Of a stretch of 36,887 nucleotides of DNA, positions 11,888-22,276 are shown piece after piece. The DNA comes from Atractiella rhizophila. Lineage: Eukaryota. The stretch is from contig MU271325.1 in the NCBI GenBank assembly GCA_021432655.1, forward strand, positions 1 to 36,887, written 5' to 3'. Position numbers and translations under genes: made by a program. The notes under the pieces are model-generated. The model did no database searches. It was not told the DNA's origin and worked only from the letters and a program-made list of their open reading frames with translations. Each line of letters starts with the position of its first letter. Within the stretch, counting starts at the first letter, position 1.

Positions 11888-14800
11888 ATGTTTGGTTTTG
11901 TGGTGGTCATAGGAAGAAGAACAAACACGATGAAGATTTACTCACCTTCCAATACACGGACGAACGACCTTTTCCACCCGCACATCTCCTCTTCCGCGAC
12001 AACGTCACCCCTCGCTTTCAATGTTGGACTATCCACGCCCCTTCCGCCGAAGCCGTACCGAACTAGGATAAGGAAGCCTTCACAAACTCCTTCGCCACTG
12101 TCGGAGGATTCGGTTCCTGGTTTAGGAATGGCTGCCCAGACTCAAAGTGAGGAGGAGGTAGAGGATGTGTTTGGGAGCTCGCCCATTGGATCGCTAGGAA
12201 GCGGTGAAGAGAGGAATACATCCATCCAGTCCGAATCTGGCGTCGCAACTATTCCGTTCCAGGCTACACGTGCCAGGAATACATATATATCTGTCCAGGC
12301 ACCGACTGCACGCCTTGCTTCTGCGTTTACCTTCGGTTCTTCGCCCCCTACGAGATCGTCACAGGGACCTGCTGACAGATCTGAAGAGGACGCGCGAGCG
12401 GCGACATCTGGAGAAGAGATAGCGCAGGCGTCCGACTCTCGCTTTGGACTTCCCACTCCTCCCTCGAGCCCAGATTTGAAGGGAAGGAAATTGAGGCCGC
12501 TCCCTTCGAGATCTTCAAAGGCGGCACAGGCGCAAAAGACACCCAGCGGCAAGGATAAAGGCGGGAGTGGGAAGGGCACTGGTGAGAAGACTCCTGCATC
12601 CGCTTACGTTTCTGGGCTCCATACTCCTCCGTCCACCCCAACGAGGACGTCGAATCTCTCTTCTAGATCTGAGACGCCGGATAATGCTCAAAAGGTGCAC
12701 ACTGATGAGAAGGATGTGAGAAAGCCCGAGGAAAGGAGCCCCACTGGAGCGATCAACACTCCACCGTCCACTCATACTACGACGTCAAATCTCCCTTCAA
12801 GGCCCTCAAAGCAGCCCAACAGACAGGGTCCTGAATCTGCATCGACATCGGCTAGAGCAACGTTCACGAATGCTAACGAATTTGGATCCGCTTTACCTAT
12901 TCCTCCTCCAACGCGGACAAACGGTACAATTTCGAATGCTGATGGTAATACTTTCAAGTTCGTCTTCCCTACCAACCCCCTGCCCACAAAGCCCTCCAAG
13001 GCAGCTCCCGCAGACTCGAGCAGGAAGGAAAGTGAAAAGGTGGAAGCGAATGGGGGAGGTGGGAAAGGGAGACAGAGACCTTTCGACTTCACTACTGCAT
13101 CGAATGTGCCGACAACAACGAACACAAAGACGACGCCGTTGGGGAAGTATTCGTTCAACATTGGCTCTTCAACAGCCCCTCCTCGATCTTCGAATGGACC
13201 TGAAAAGCCCGCGCCGAAAGTTGATCTGAGGTCTACTTTCATGAATACTCCGCCCAACAACGGCGCAGAGAAGATCCCTGCCCCCGCCCCCGGTGTCAAA
13301 ACTACTTCACCTTATCCTCAAACGAATAACTCTCGGTTCACTTCGAACATCCCTTCCACTGGTGCTCCTCCTGCTGCCCAATCTTATCCCCAGACGAACA
13401 ACTCCCGTTTCACCTCCAATGTTCCTACGACTCCTCCTCCGGCCGCTCAGTATCCTCAGAACAACAACTCTCGCTTCACGTCCAACATTCCTGCCGGATC
13501 GTCGAAACCTCCGCCATCAGAGAGATGTAGACGGCCTCCTCCTCGAGCGAAGCCAAGCTATGTTAGTTCTTCGGATAATAGCTCATCAACGTCTTCGGAC
13601 TCAGACTCAGATAGCGAGGGTCCCACTTTCCGTGGCTGGCGTAAAGCATCGTCTAATAATACTCCGCCTCGTAACCCTTCCTCTTCCCGTCCCCCTCCTT
13701 ACAGTCCGCCTCCGTCATATTCCTCTGCGCGCCCCTCCGCCTCTGACAGAGCTTCTCCACCACGTAGCAAGCCGTCTAGGGATGTTTTCACGGATGAGCA
13801 ATTGATTGCACATGCTGAATCTGGTTATTGCGCAGGAGTTGGGACGTCCACGAATCGGATGTGCGGTAACCGTTCGACCACGAGGTATTGTTATCATCAT
13901 GGAGATCAAAGATACACGCCGCAGGGAGAGAGGTTACATGCTTATTTTCAACGTCAACGGAACTCTCAACCTGCCGATGTCTTCACGGACGAACAGTTGA
14001 TCGCACATGTTGCAGATGGCTTTTGTGCTGGAGTTGGGAGGACCACTAATCGCATGTGTCGTAACCGTCCGAGCGCCAGATATTGTTACCATCACAGAGA
14101 TCAAAGTCACACTCCGCAGGGAGAGAGGTTGAAGGCTTATTTTCAAAGTACCTCGTCGAACACGTCCAGAGGGCAGTTTCGCGCTCATTTCGAATCGCCA
14201 AAGTCGGGGAATGAAGAAGCGATTTCCCGCTCAGATAATGAAGCAATTGCCCATGCGGAGCTCGGATACTGTGCGGGAATGACGCTGAAGAACAATTTGT
14301 GCATGAAAACAGCGCAGGTGTGGAAAGGATCGAAGTATTGCCATCTTCATGGCGATCAAGCAAATAACTCACGGGGACGGAGACTTCGGAAGTATTGGGA
14401 CGAAAAGAAGAGGAAGAGTGAGGAGACGAAAGAGCGAGAGAGGAAGAGGAAAGAGGAAGATGTCCGCAAGAAACATGCAGAGGAGGAGGCGGAGTACGAG
14501 AGAAGAAGGAAAGAGAAGGAGGATTGGGCGAGGAAATGGGAGGAGGCTAGGAGGAAGGAGGAGGAACAGGAACGACGGGCTGAGCAAGAGAAGGAAAGGT
14601 TCTGGCAAAAGTTCGAGGAGGATCAACAGAGGGGTAAGAAAGAGCAAGGGCGGCAAAGGTACGCCATCCTTTTGGGCCAAACAAGGTTGCTCAAACCTAT
14701 TCACAGCTTCCGTTCCACAACCTCTGCGCCACGGGCTGCTTCCATGTCTAACTTCTCCATCAATCTGGTCGAATTCTACACCCAGTCCATCTCGGCACCT

Positions 14801-15127
14801 CTCAACGCTTCACGTCCTTTCTCGAAAGTGACGTGGCCAGCCTTGGATACCGGTCGCCCGATTGCCCCATCAGATATCACTGATGAAGCTGTGCGCGCCT
14901 TCTTTGAACGAGTCAAGAAGTGCATCCAGGACGAACAAGCGAAGACAAGAGATGCCACGAAGAAGGCAAAACTGGCGAAAATGGTCACTCAGCTTGCTAA
15001 AGAGACCATTAGGAAGTTCCATCAAGACCGTCTCGAATCTTTGGCAGCCAAAGTAGATGGGGTGGAGAAGGACGAGCTCAAGAGGGTGTTGATTGTCATT
15101 AGTCGGGTTAGCACGGAATTTAAGTGA
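11888..15127 (+). CDS. Intron-free ~1000-aa protein: disordered N-terminus, 3 C-C-C-H zinc-finger repeats, charged coiled coil, C-terminal NFKBIL1-like/J-like domain (HQD)
   Basis: Uninterrupted 3.2 kb ORF (alternative starts at 11930 or 12128). Three IAHxxxGxCAG..C..YCxxH repeats, an E/K/R-rich helix, and a C-terminal VTWP..DITDEAVRAFF..IRKFHQDR..EFK*. Confidence 0.85.
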   Translation: MFGFVVVIGRRTNTMKIYSPSNTRTNDLFHPHISSSATTSPLAFNVGLSTPLPPKPYRTRIRKPSQTPSPLSEDSVPGLGMAAQTQSEEEVEDVFGSSPIGSLGSGEERNTSIQSESGVATIPFQATRARNTYISVQAPTARLASAFTFGSSPPTRSSQGPADRSEEDARAATSGEEIAQASDSRFGLPTPPSSPDLKGRKLRPLPSRSSKAAQAQKTPSGKDKGGSGKGTGEKTPASAYVSGLHTPPSTPTRTSNLSSRSETPDNAQKVHTDEKDVRKPEERSPTGAINTPPSTHTTTSNLPSRPSKQPNRQGPESASTSARATFTNANEFGSALPIPPPTRTNGTISNADGNTFKFVFPTNPLPTKPSKAAPADSSRKESEKVEANGGGGKGRQRPFDFTTASNVPTTTNTKTTPLGKYSFNIGSSTAPPRSSNGPEKPAPKVDLRSTFMNTPPNNGAEKIPAPAPGVKTTSPYPQTNNSRFTSNIPSTGAPPAAQSYPQTNNSRFTSNVPTTPPPAAQYPQNNNSRFTSNIPAGSSKPPPSERCRRPPPRAKPSYVSSSDNSSSTSSDSDSDSEGPTFRGWRKASSNNTPPRNPSSSRPPPYSPPPSYSSARPSASDRASPPRSKPSRDVFTDEQLIAHAESGYCAGVGTSTNRMCGNRSTTRYCYHHGDQRYTPQGERLHAYFQRQRNSQPADVFTDEQLIAHVADGFCAGVGRTTNRMCRNRPSARYCYHHRDQSHTPQGERLKAYFQSTSSNTSRGQFRAHFESPKSGNEEAISRSDNEAIAHAELGYCAGMTLKNNLCMKTAQVWKGSKYCHLHGDQANNSRGRRLRKYWDEKKRKSEETKERERKRKEEDVRKKHAEEEAEYERRRKEKEDWARKWEEARRKEEEQERRAEQEKERFWQKFEEDQQRGKKEQGRQRYAILLGQTRLLKPIHSFRSTTSAPRAASMSNFSINLVEFYTQSISAPLNASRPFSKVTWPALDTGRPIAPSDITDEAVRAFFERVKKCIQDEQAKTRDATKKAKLAKMVTQLAKETIRKFHQDRLESLAAKVDGVEKDELKRVLIVISRVSTEFK
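13313..13492 (+). repeat. Three in-frame copies of YPQ[T/N]NNSRFTSN[I/V]P
   Basis: Copies start near 13313, 13385 and 13451. The peptide is near-identical while third codon positions differ. Confidence 0.9.
13781..14400 (+). repeat. Three ~55-aa Cys/His domain repeats
   Basis: DVFTDEQLIAH...TPQGERL occurs twice (from 13781 and ~13976), with a more diverged third copy from ~14234. Confidence 0.9.
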
Positions 15128-15529
15128 TGATTAATTGGTCGATTGGTCGATTGTATTTGTGTACGACATATCCCTCGCTAATGTATGTCCACCTAAGAAT
15201 GAAATGTCTATGCAACGTGGTCTTCCACGCACCCGCACTACTTCGTTCGACCTGAACGTCGCATTCATACTTGTGACAACGAATCTGAATTTGGTTATTT
15301 GCACATGTTGTCCAGGAAGAAGGTTACGTTGCGCGCCTTGCCACAACGAAACCCAAGGTCCTGTTCAACCAACTCTTTGCGCCGATGTGGTGCGTATTCG
15401 CCTGACATTCTACCCTGACCGCTGACAAGCAGGAGAATAGGCATTATAGACGGAGAGTCCTTTAGTTCATGCAATGAGAGCTCCATTTTGCCCGTAAACT
15501 ACTCTCTAGTATCACTTGGCCGAAGGGAG

Positions 15530-17146
15530 ATGCAAAGTCATCAATTTGGATCAACATCAGCCTATGGCACACCTTCTGCAACACCCTCTGCCCCTACTCC
15601 TTCTCCGCCAGCTTCTAGAGCGTCCACTACGCGCATTCCAGACTTCAGGAGTTTTATCTTCCTCGATGCTACCATCATCGCACACGCTGAAAAGGGAAGA
15701 TGTAGTGGCATTCTTGGACCCGGTCAACTTTGTCGTGCAATAGCAGCAGCCGGTGATTATTGCCCTTTGCATGGATCGGAAGGAGAGACCACACAAGGGG
15801 AAAGGTTGAAGGATTATTGGGCTGCAAGACGAAAACGAGAAGAAGCTGTTCGGAAAGCTCAAGAAACGAACCTTGCGGAGCAGGAGCAGGCGCGCGTTCG
15901 AGGAGAAAAAGTGGCTGAAGCGCGAGAGAAACTGCAGAAGCAGAGAATAATAGAACGTCGCGCCTGGATAGAAAATGATAGGATCCTGAGGGAGAGGGTC
16001 CTGGTCGACAGGATACAAAAGATACAGGCTGAGAAGGAGAGAGCGAGGAGGACGAGAGAGCCGAACCCAAACGGGGAGCCAGATAATGTCATGGATGATT
16101 GCCCATCTGCTCCGCATTGCAGCCCACCGCCACCTTCGAAACCTCGCTCCTCGAGCACTGTCCCGAACTTTGACCCTCCTCTGTTTAAAACTCGAGAGTT
16201 TGAAGCTCCACCACCGTACGAAGGGAATACACATAGCTCATCCAAGCTAAACTCCGACGAAATGTTACAACTAATGGAGGAAGCGATGCAACAACTGCGA
16301 CGCGATTTTGCCTCGTTCCGCGAAGCCAACACAAGGAAAAGAGAAGACTCTAGCGCCTACGACCCCTGTTCCGACAGGGGGATGAGGACAGAACCCACAC
16401 AAGGCGGGGGAAAATCAAGCCCCAACAGCCAAGGGCGACAGCCAGGAATGAAATGTAACCCAGATCCAACAGAGGAGGAATCAACATCCCATCCAACAGC
16501 AGAACCATCAAAGCCACCAGCCTTTTCAACGCAACCTAAAACGCAGCCTTCTTCATTTCCACATGTCCCTTCGCCACCACCACCACACCCTTCCACGACC
16601 CAACCACCGTCATCCCCAACCGGGCAACCCAAACCACCACCCAAGCCTTCCTATTCTGAAGCAGCTGCAATGGCTCGGACAACACCAGAAGAGCCACCGA
16701 GACCAGCACCAGCACCTCTGCGCAAGCCGCCGCGTCCATCACTTGCGCTTCAAAAAGAGGAGACTTTCCGCAGTTGGCTAGCCCGTTATACCCTGGTTTT
16801 ACGAGAACCTCTCGTTCGGGAAGGAGAGACGACACTTCGAGTGCAGAACGTTCCATGGCCTATCAAAAAAGTTTACAAGAGCCAAAAGAATGTGTCTCTT
16901 AAAGACATAACAGTTGACTCCGTAACCGAGTTCCTTCAAAAGGTCAAGAGAAGTATGAAAGAGGAGGAGTTCAAGCAGTTCCTCAAGAAACTGCTACTGT
17001 CTTTCCATGAGGATAAGACAAAGATCCTCATGGACACTGTTAGTGATGCTCCCCTGAAGGATATGAAGGAGGCTCTAGGAATTGTTACGAGAGTCACGAT
17101 TGATTTCAAGAGTGAAGGACCAAAACCCCCAACGTTATGGTTCTAG
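15530..17146 (+). CDS. Intron-free paralogue: single C-C-C-H zinc finger, coiled coil, Pro-rich linker, C-terminal NFKBIL1-like/J-like domain (HED)
   Basis: First ATG at 15530. DATIIAHAEKGRCSGILGPGQLCRAIAAAGDYCPLH..TTQGERLKDYW, and a C-terminal VPWP..DITVDSVTEFL..LLLSFHEDK..IDFK. Confidence 0.85.
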   Translation: MQSHQFGSTSAYGTPSATPSAPTPSPPASRASTTRIPDFRSFIFLDATIIAHAEKGRCSGILGPGQLCRAIAAAGDYCPLHGSEGETTQGERLKDYWAARRKREEAVRKAQETNLAEQEQARVRGEKVAEAREKLQKQRIIERRAWIENDRILRERVLVDRIQKIQAEKERARRTREPNPNGEPDNVMDDCPSAPHCSPPPPSKPRSSSTVPNFDPPLFKTREFEAPPPYEGNTHSSSKLNSDEMLQLMEEAMQQLRRDFASFREANTRKREDSSAYDPCSDRGMRTEPTQGGGKSSPNSQGRQPGMKCNPDPTEEESTSHPTAEPSKPPAFSTQPKTQPSSFPHVPSPPPPHPSTTQPPSSPTGQPKPPPKPSYSEAAAMARTTPEEPPRPAPAPLRKPPRPSLALQKEETFRSWLARYTLVLREPLVREGETTLRVQNVPWPIKKVYKSQKNVSLKDITVDSVTEFLQKVKRSMKEEEFKQFLKKLLLSFHEDKTKILMDTVSDAPLKDMKEALGIVTRVTIDFKSEGPKPPTLWF

Positions 17147-17299
17147 AATATACTCCCTACATTTTGTACGTTACGAGCTACTAATGTTCTGTTGTATTTA
17201 AGGCCAGGCAAACACGATAAGGACGATAAAGATATTTCATTCGAGCTCAGCTCTAGTTCAAGCTGGTGAAAGTGGATTCTCTGCATCCTACACTGACAT

Positions 17300-19010
17300 T
17301 CACTAAGCTAACACGGAAGGCATTTTCATTCAAAAGCTTGTCTTCATCATTTGAGGACGATCATGTGCCTCGCCGATCTGCTGTGACCGTTCTTCTACAG
17401 GAATTACTAGTACTCGCAAATTCAAGTCGCAAGAAGTGCCTACCCCTGCCCCTGAACGCTCTTATAAGCACGCTACGAAGTTTCCTACATTTGTTCCCTT
17501 GAGTCTGTGGCTGCTCGCTGAGGTCCCTTTCGCAGGGTAGAGTTCAAAGTCATGGACAGGTAAGTCACTAAAACATGGCTGGTAGTAACCGGAGCCAGCT
17601 CCAGCTCACGAAGTGGAAAGATTCCCTTCATTGCTATTGGCATGTCGACAATGGATAAGACATCTAATTTCCAAGCGATAATGCGGATAAAGTTATTGCC
17701 CATCAAGGGAACCTGGACGCAACACAGAGTAGGTACAACAAGCACTTCTGACCAGATCCCAGAATCATTCCATGTATTCACCCACCTTTCCTCCCGGTTT
17801 CGAGATATCACTCGCAACACTTTGTGACAATACGACGGTAGTCGCAGTGAGCTCAAAGCCAGCAGGAATACTGGACACCGAATTCGACTGTACATGAAGG
17901 ATGAGATATTGGAACAAGGAACTTGGACAGTAGGAAATTGCGTACGTTGTAGTTCGTAGACGGGGGATATGCAATCGTCCCTTGATATGTCCCTTGCCCA
18001 TGTCGATTGGAAGTCCCACTGGTATGGCCAACAGACCCACTTGACCCCTTTTTCTGGAACGCAGGATCTGAGAGAACAGCTTCGTAAAGGGTCAGGACGG
18101 CAATCACGTAGACTTTCTGTATTCATCCATATCCAGATCTAAGTACCTGCTAAAAGGCGACAGGAGCGGAATTCCTACCGGTGTCCAGAAAGAGACGGCA
18201 TAATGATAGCCCAGCTCTTCTTGTGCATAGAACCACACAAGATGCAAGAGATTCAGTACTGCTGGCGCCAACCCTGTTTGCAGTGAGAGCGTCATCCACT
18301 ATGAGGTGTAAGCTGTAATCAACTCCAAGCCCGAGAAGCATACCTTGTCGACCAAATCGACCGTTTGATGAGATGAAGCGGCCTTCCGTTGGTAGGCGAG
18401 GTGGAAAGAAAACACACTGCCAGACCAACTAGTTAGTTTGCGCCAGGATGCTCTGAATTATACGTACGCAGAAAGCAGAATGCTAAGTCGTAGTGAGCAA
18501 GGTGTGAAAAGCCCTTTTGGAAAACGCAAGGGACTCACTCTGCTGCTGTGGAACCTCCGAGCCATAAAGCCAGTGTAATACTAAGCGCTCCATCAGGTTG
18601 ACACATCAGACAGAAATCAAAGCTCACTCAATCTTCTCCAATTCAGGAAACTTGATATTGATGATGATGAATGATTCGACGATCGAAGCCGCCAACTACC
18701 TCAACTTTGAGCCATGAGGTCGTCAGGTTAACGAACATCCTCTTACACTAGTCAACGACAAGGCGGCTATGAGAATGAGGAGCCTGTCTGATTGTTCAGT
18801 TGTACACAACAAAGGGGCAAGAGGTGAACGAACCCATAAGTGACAACCATGATTGCTCGTGCCTTGTCGCGAAAGTAGTCCCTGGCGTTTCCAACCAGTT
18901 TCAGTGTTCTAGGCATCGTTATTAGTTGATGGTTCAGTTCCCAAAATGGATCGCTAGCATACCGACGAATGAACGCGATATGAGTTAGGGAAGCTATTGT
19001 GGCATCCACA
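17300..19010 (-). pseudogene. Possible decayed LRR/F-box-like gene
   Basis: Scattered LRR-like peptides in different minus frames (FPELEKI, YLDLDM, LDVLSI, LRELEL, CRKLRSVLI) with no continuous model. Confidence 0.25.
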
Positions 19011-21639
19011 GAAGCATAAAAGAATGCGGATTTGGGGTATTTGCCGCTCAGGTAGGCAACCTATTGGGTGGTGAGGCTCAGTACCGCCAGCCATATCAGT
19101 GGTTAGAAGGAAGGCATACCCCATTGACAGCGCAACCCTGGATCAATGTACTGAGATAATGACTTTTTGCGACGCTGTTGCGAAGGTTTCATTGGTGCAA
19201 AATGTTGTAAAGAGGAAACGTACGTATCCGTAATATTTGCAAGGAAGAGAAGAACCAAGAGTGTCCATGTCAATTTGCTCGTCCTCGAAACCTCTGTCTG
19301 ATTTCCCCGAGACAGCAAACGAAAGACGCGCTTACTACTCCATAGCCTCAGTTTCGGTAACGCGTGTCGAGCGATGGACTCACAACTGGACAAGAGAGAC
19401 GCCCAAAAGCAAGAAGGCTATCAGTCCGCCGATAAAACTCGGTCGAATCTGTTCCACCCATAACTTGTCGGTGAAAGGCACAAACTCAGGTGAGGCTGGC
19501 GAAGCCATCTCAGCTGAGAGTTCGACCTTTCTAGAAGGCTACTCAAAGTTGTTGTGGCACGACTGGAATGGTTGGTGGGAGCGAAACTGGCTGGACTCTC
19601 TTGCGGTGCGCTTTTTCAACGAGACGATTGTCCCACACTGGTTCGTGTTTTCGTGTTGGTCGAGTCCTTATCAACTGCGATCATGACCCTATGGATCTCC
19701 CAGAGCCACTCAGTTTGGATCATCCTTAGGCAGAGCCTAACATCATCTCGCGAAGGAGCTCGGATCAGCCGAAGGGAACCCTGACATGTTGAAATCGAAA
19801 TCGGAATCTCAACTCCGCGTGGGCGTACAGACAGCAAGCCACGCCTAAACTCAATATATTTTTGTGTCCTGATACATTCAGAGTCACATTCACGATAGAG
19901 ACTTCAGCTTCTGAAAGTCCTCCTTGGTCCGACGACGCTGTGAAGATGATTGAGAACGTTTCCGCTTCGCTTTGCACCAGGTTCGGCGAATACTCTGTTC
20001 ACATGGATCAAGGTGATAAGTCGGACGAGACCCCGCAGTCATTTGGCCTCCATCTCATTCAAGATGAATCAGAGTAACCCAAAAGATGAACTGGATATGT
20101 ATTGTCCCTCGAAACACCTTGGGAATAACATTGAATAGCGGCTGCCAACACCAGTTGGTATTGAATGGATTGAACTGAAATAAGAGTGGGAGCAAGGAAG
20201 GGATGATCAACATTAAGAGAGACGAACAACATTGGATCAACCAATCGGTTGAGTAATTAGACTAGGCCAGTTCGTGGATGCCGTAAGAATGAACGGTCTC
20301 CAAGCCTGGAAAGAACGCTTGACGGTTGAAGTCGGCTCGGGAACGGGACGATTGAAGTGGAAAGGTCGAACGCACTTCCAGTCGCCTTGCACAAGACAGC
20401 ACTACTCTAAGAATTGGGGAAATTGCAAAGAAATTGCTCCATGGAGGCGCTGGGGAGTGCTCGGAGCTGAGTTGCGAAGAATGAGACTTCCACATTCCAG
20501 CTGCAACTGAGAAGATGATCATGGAGCTGCTGATAGGATGGAAACAGTCGGAAACAAGAGGAACAAACAAACGTCGGGTGGAAGACTCAGTTGAAGCAGC
20601 CCCCGCACTCTTTGCTGGGAACTCAGAACGAAAAAAGGAGCCCCAGAACGCAGCGGTACGAACCGGATGGTCTGAATGAACGCTTTCACCAGAACCACCC
20701 AACTCAAAATCCTCTTCAAAGAGCTACAGATGACAAATGGATAGCTACCTATTTAATGCAAAGCACATCTAGCTCACTGCGTTCCCAGTCATCAACGTCT
20801 CGTGAGACCCAACCGTGTAACCGTGGGAAGTGCAGAGCATTCTGATGGTGAGGAAGGGGGCTGCTCTACGAGGTTGGAGTCAGTAAAATGTATTTGTACA
20901 ACACAAGAAGCTGGTTCGCGTTGGTGGCGGATGTTGGATCTTGTAAGGCCTGTGTCACTATCCGGTTTAGTTTGAAACTACGAGACAACAGTGGAAGAGG
21001 GTGACATTGTGAGGAAATCGATAGATACTATAAGCTAAGCAACGTAATAAGCTAAGTTGTTCTGTGTCGAATCCTGAGGAGGAGGAGGGAGAGCGTCCAC
21101 AGTGGTTTTATGTCACTGTGATGTGGTTCAAAGGTCTGTTGCCCCCTTTTAGTAATAGCTTTGGCGATTGGACGGCGAATCTTGAATCGGAATACACTGT
21201 TGCTAAGCAAGCACCTCTGTTTTGTGCCAACTCGAATTCCTATGAAGGCATTGGTCTGATACGTACAGGCAATTGTCTGGCGATTATTCTCTCCTCCTTC
21301 TAGTCCTTCTCCGCTTCCTTTTGAGGATCTTGACAAAGTCCTCTCCAAAATATTACGAATTAGAGTATTGTTTAGCTTCAATGCACTACGTAACAGTCAA
21401 TTCCTTGACAGTCTTCTTGAAAGCTTTGACTTGATGGGCAGTTGGTGTCAATAACCAAAGAACCACCCTATTTGTGATCCATTGCGGAGTACGAAATCAC
21501 ATTGAGGCATGTTGTCGGTTCAGAGGAGTTTCAACAAAAGCATTAATCGCAGTTGTTTGGGGACCCGTTATTACAGCTGCTCCAAGCACAAAAAATCAAG
21601 GTGTGTCAAATGACTTTCTAAGTATTGCTAAGCAAGTAG

Positions 21640-21955
21640 CCCTCTGTGGCGCCGTGCTCTTCCTTTCAACAGAAGAAGAGCCGCCAGTTCTAAGCCATTA
21701 TTCTATTCTCACTGCGACCTTAATCCTACCAATATCCTCGTACAAAATGGCAATATAACTGGATAAGTCTCTATTACGTTCCAAGTTATTCGCCGGTAGG
21801 GATCACATCCCATAGAATAATTGATTGGAAGTGGAGCGGTTACTATCCGGAATAGGTGCAATATGCCAGCATTCGTAATTGGGGTGTAACGCACCTAAGT
21901 AGGCAGTGCGAGACTTATCTGCTAGATGCCCTAGCTCCATACCCAGAGATGTGAA
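21640..21955 (+). pseudogene. APH/choline-kinase-like phosphotransferase pseudogene (catalytic core; full extent upstream unclear)
   Basis: PLFYSHCDLNPTNILVQNGNITG-[53-nt intron 21763-21815]-IIDWKWSGYYPE*VQYA ... YLLDALAPYPE. This matches the fungal APH 'H.DL...NILV..G.ITGIIDWE..GYYP.W' pattern. In-frame TAG at 21853-21855; the donor reads ATAAGT. Confidence 0.8.
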
Positions 21956-22276
21956 CCTACATTTATGGATTTGGGAACTACCAGGGTTTGGAAGTTGTTT
22001 CCTTTTTAACATCCAAATCTTTTGCCTGTCCTTCGTAATGATTACCTCACTCAATCAGCGAAATGCTCAGATTAAAGGATGGGAGGCCCAAAGGAGGCCT
22101 GAGACTTTCAAAAAAATTTTGGAACATGCCGATGATGTAAAGCTTCTCGCTTTCAACAGTTTCACGCTTTGCAGTTTGAATATATTTGTCTCTTTGGGAT
22201 CGAATTTGTCCCGTACACTTTCTAGCCTGGTTGAAGATCATTCAGATTTCAAAATTCAGACTATCGACACTTTGTT

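Noticed and set aside
12063..16856. Many long antisense or alternate-frame ORFs over the large genes
   Set aside because: Shadow ORFs caused by low-complexity Pro/Ser/Glu/Lys codon usage.
20300..20360. VEVGSGTGRL resembling SAM-methyltransferase motif I
   Set aside because: Short ORF with no downstream methyltransferase motifs; an overlapping frame looks equally or more protein-like.
19100..21050. Several short Trp-rich or charged ORFs
   Set aside because: No motif or consistent splice model could be built, so they are left unannotated.
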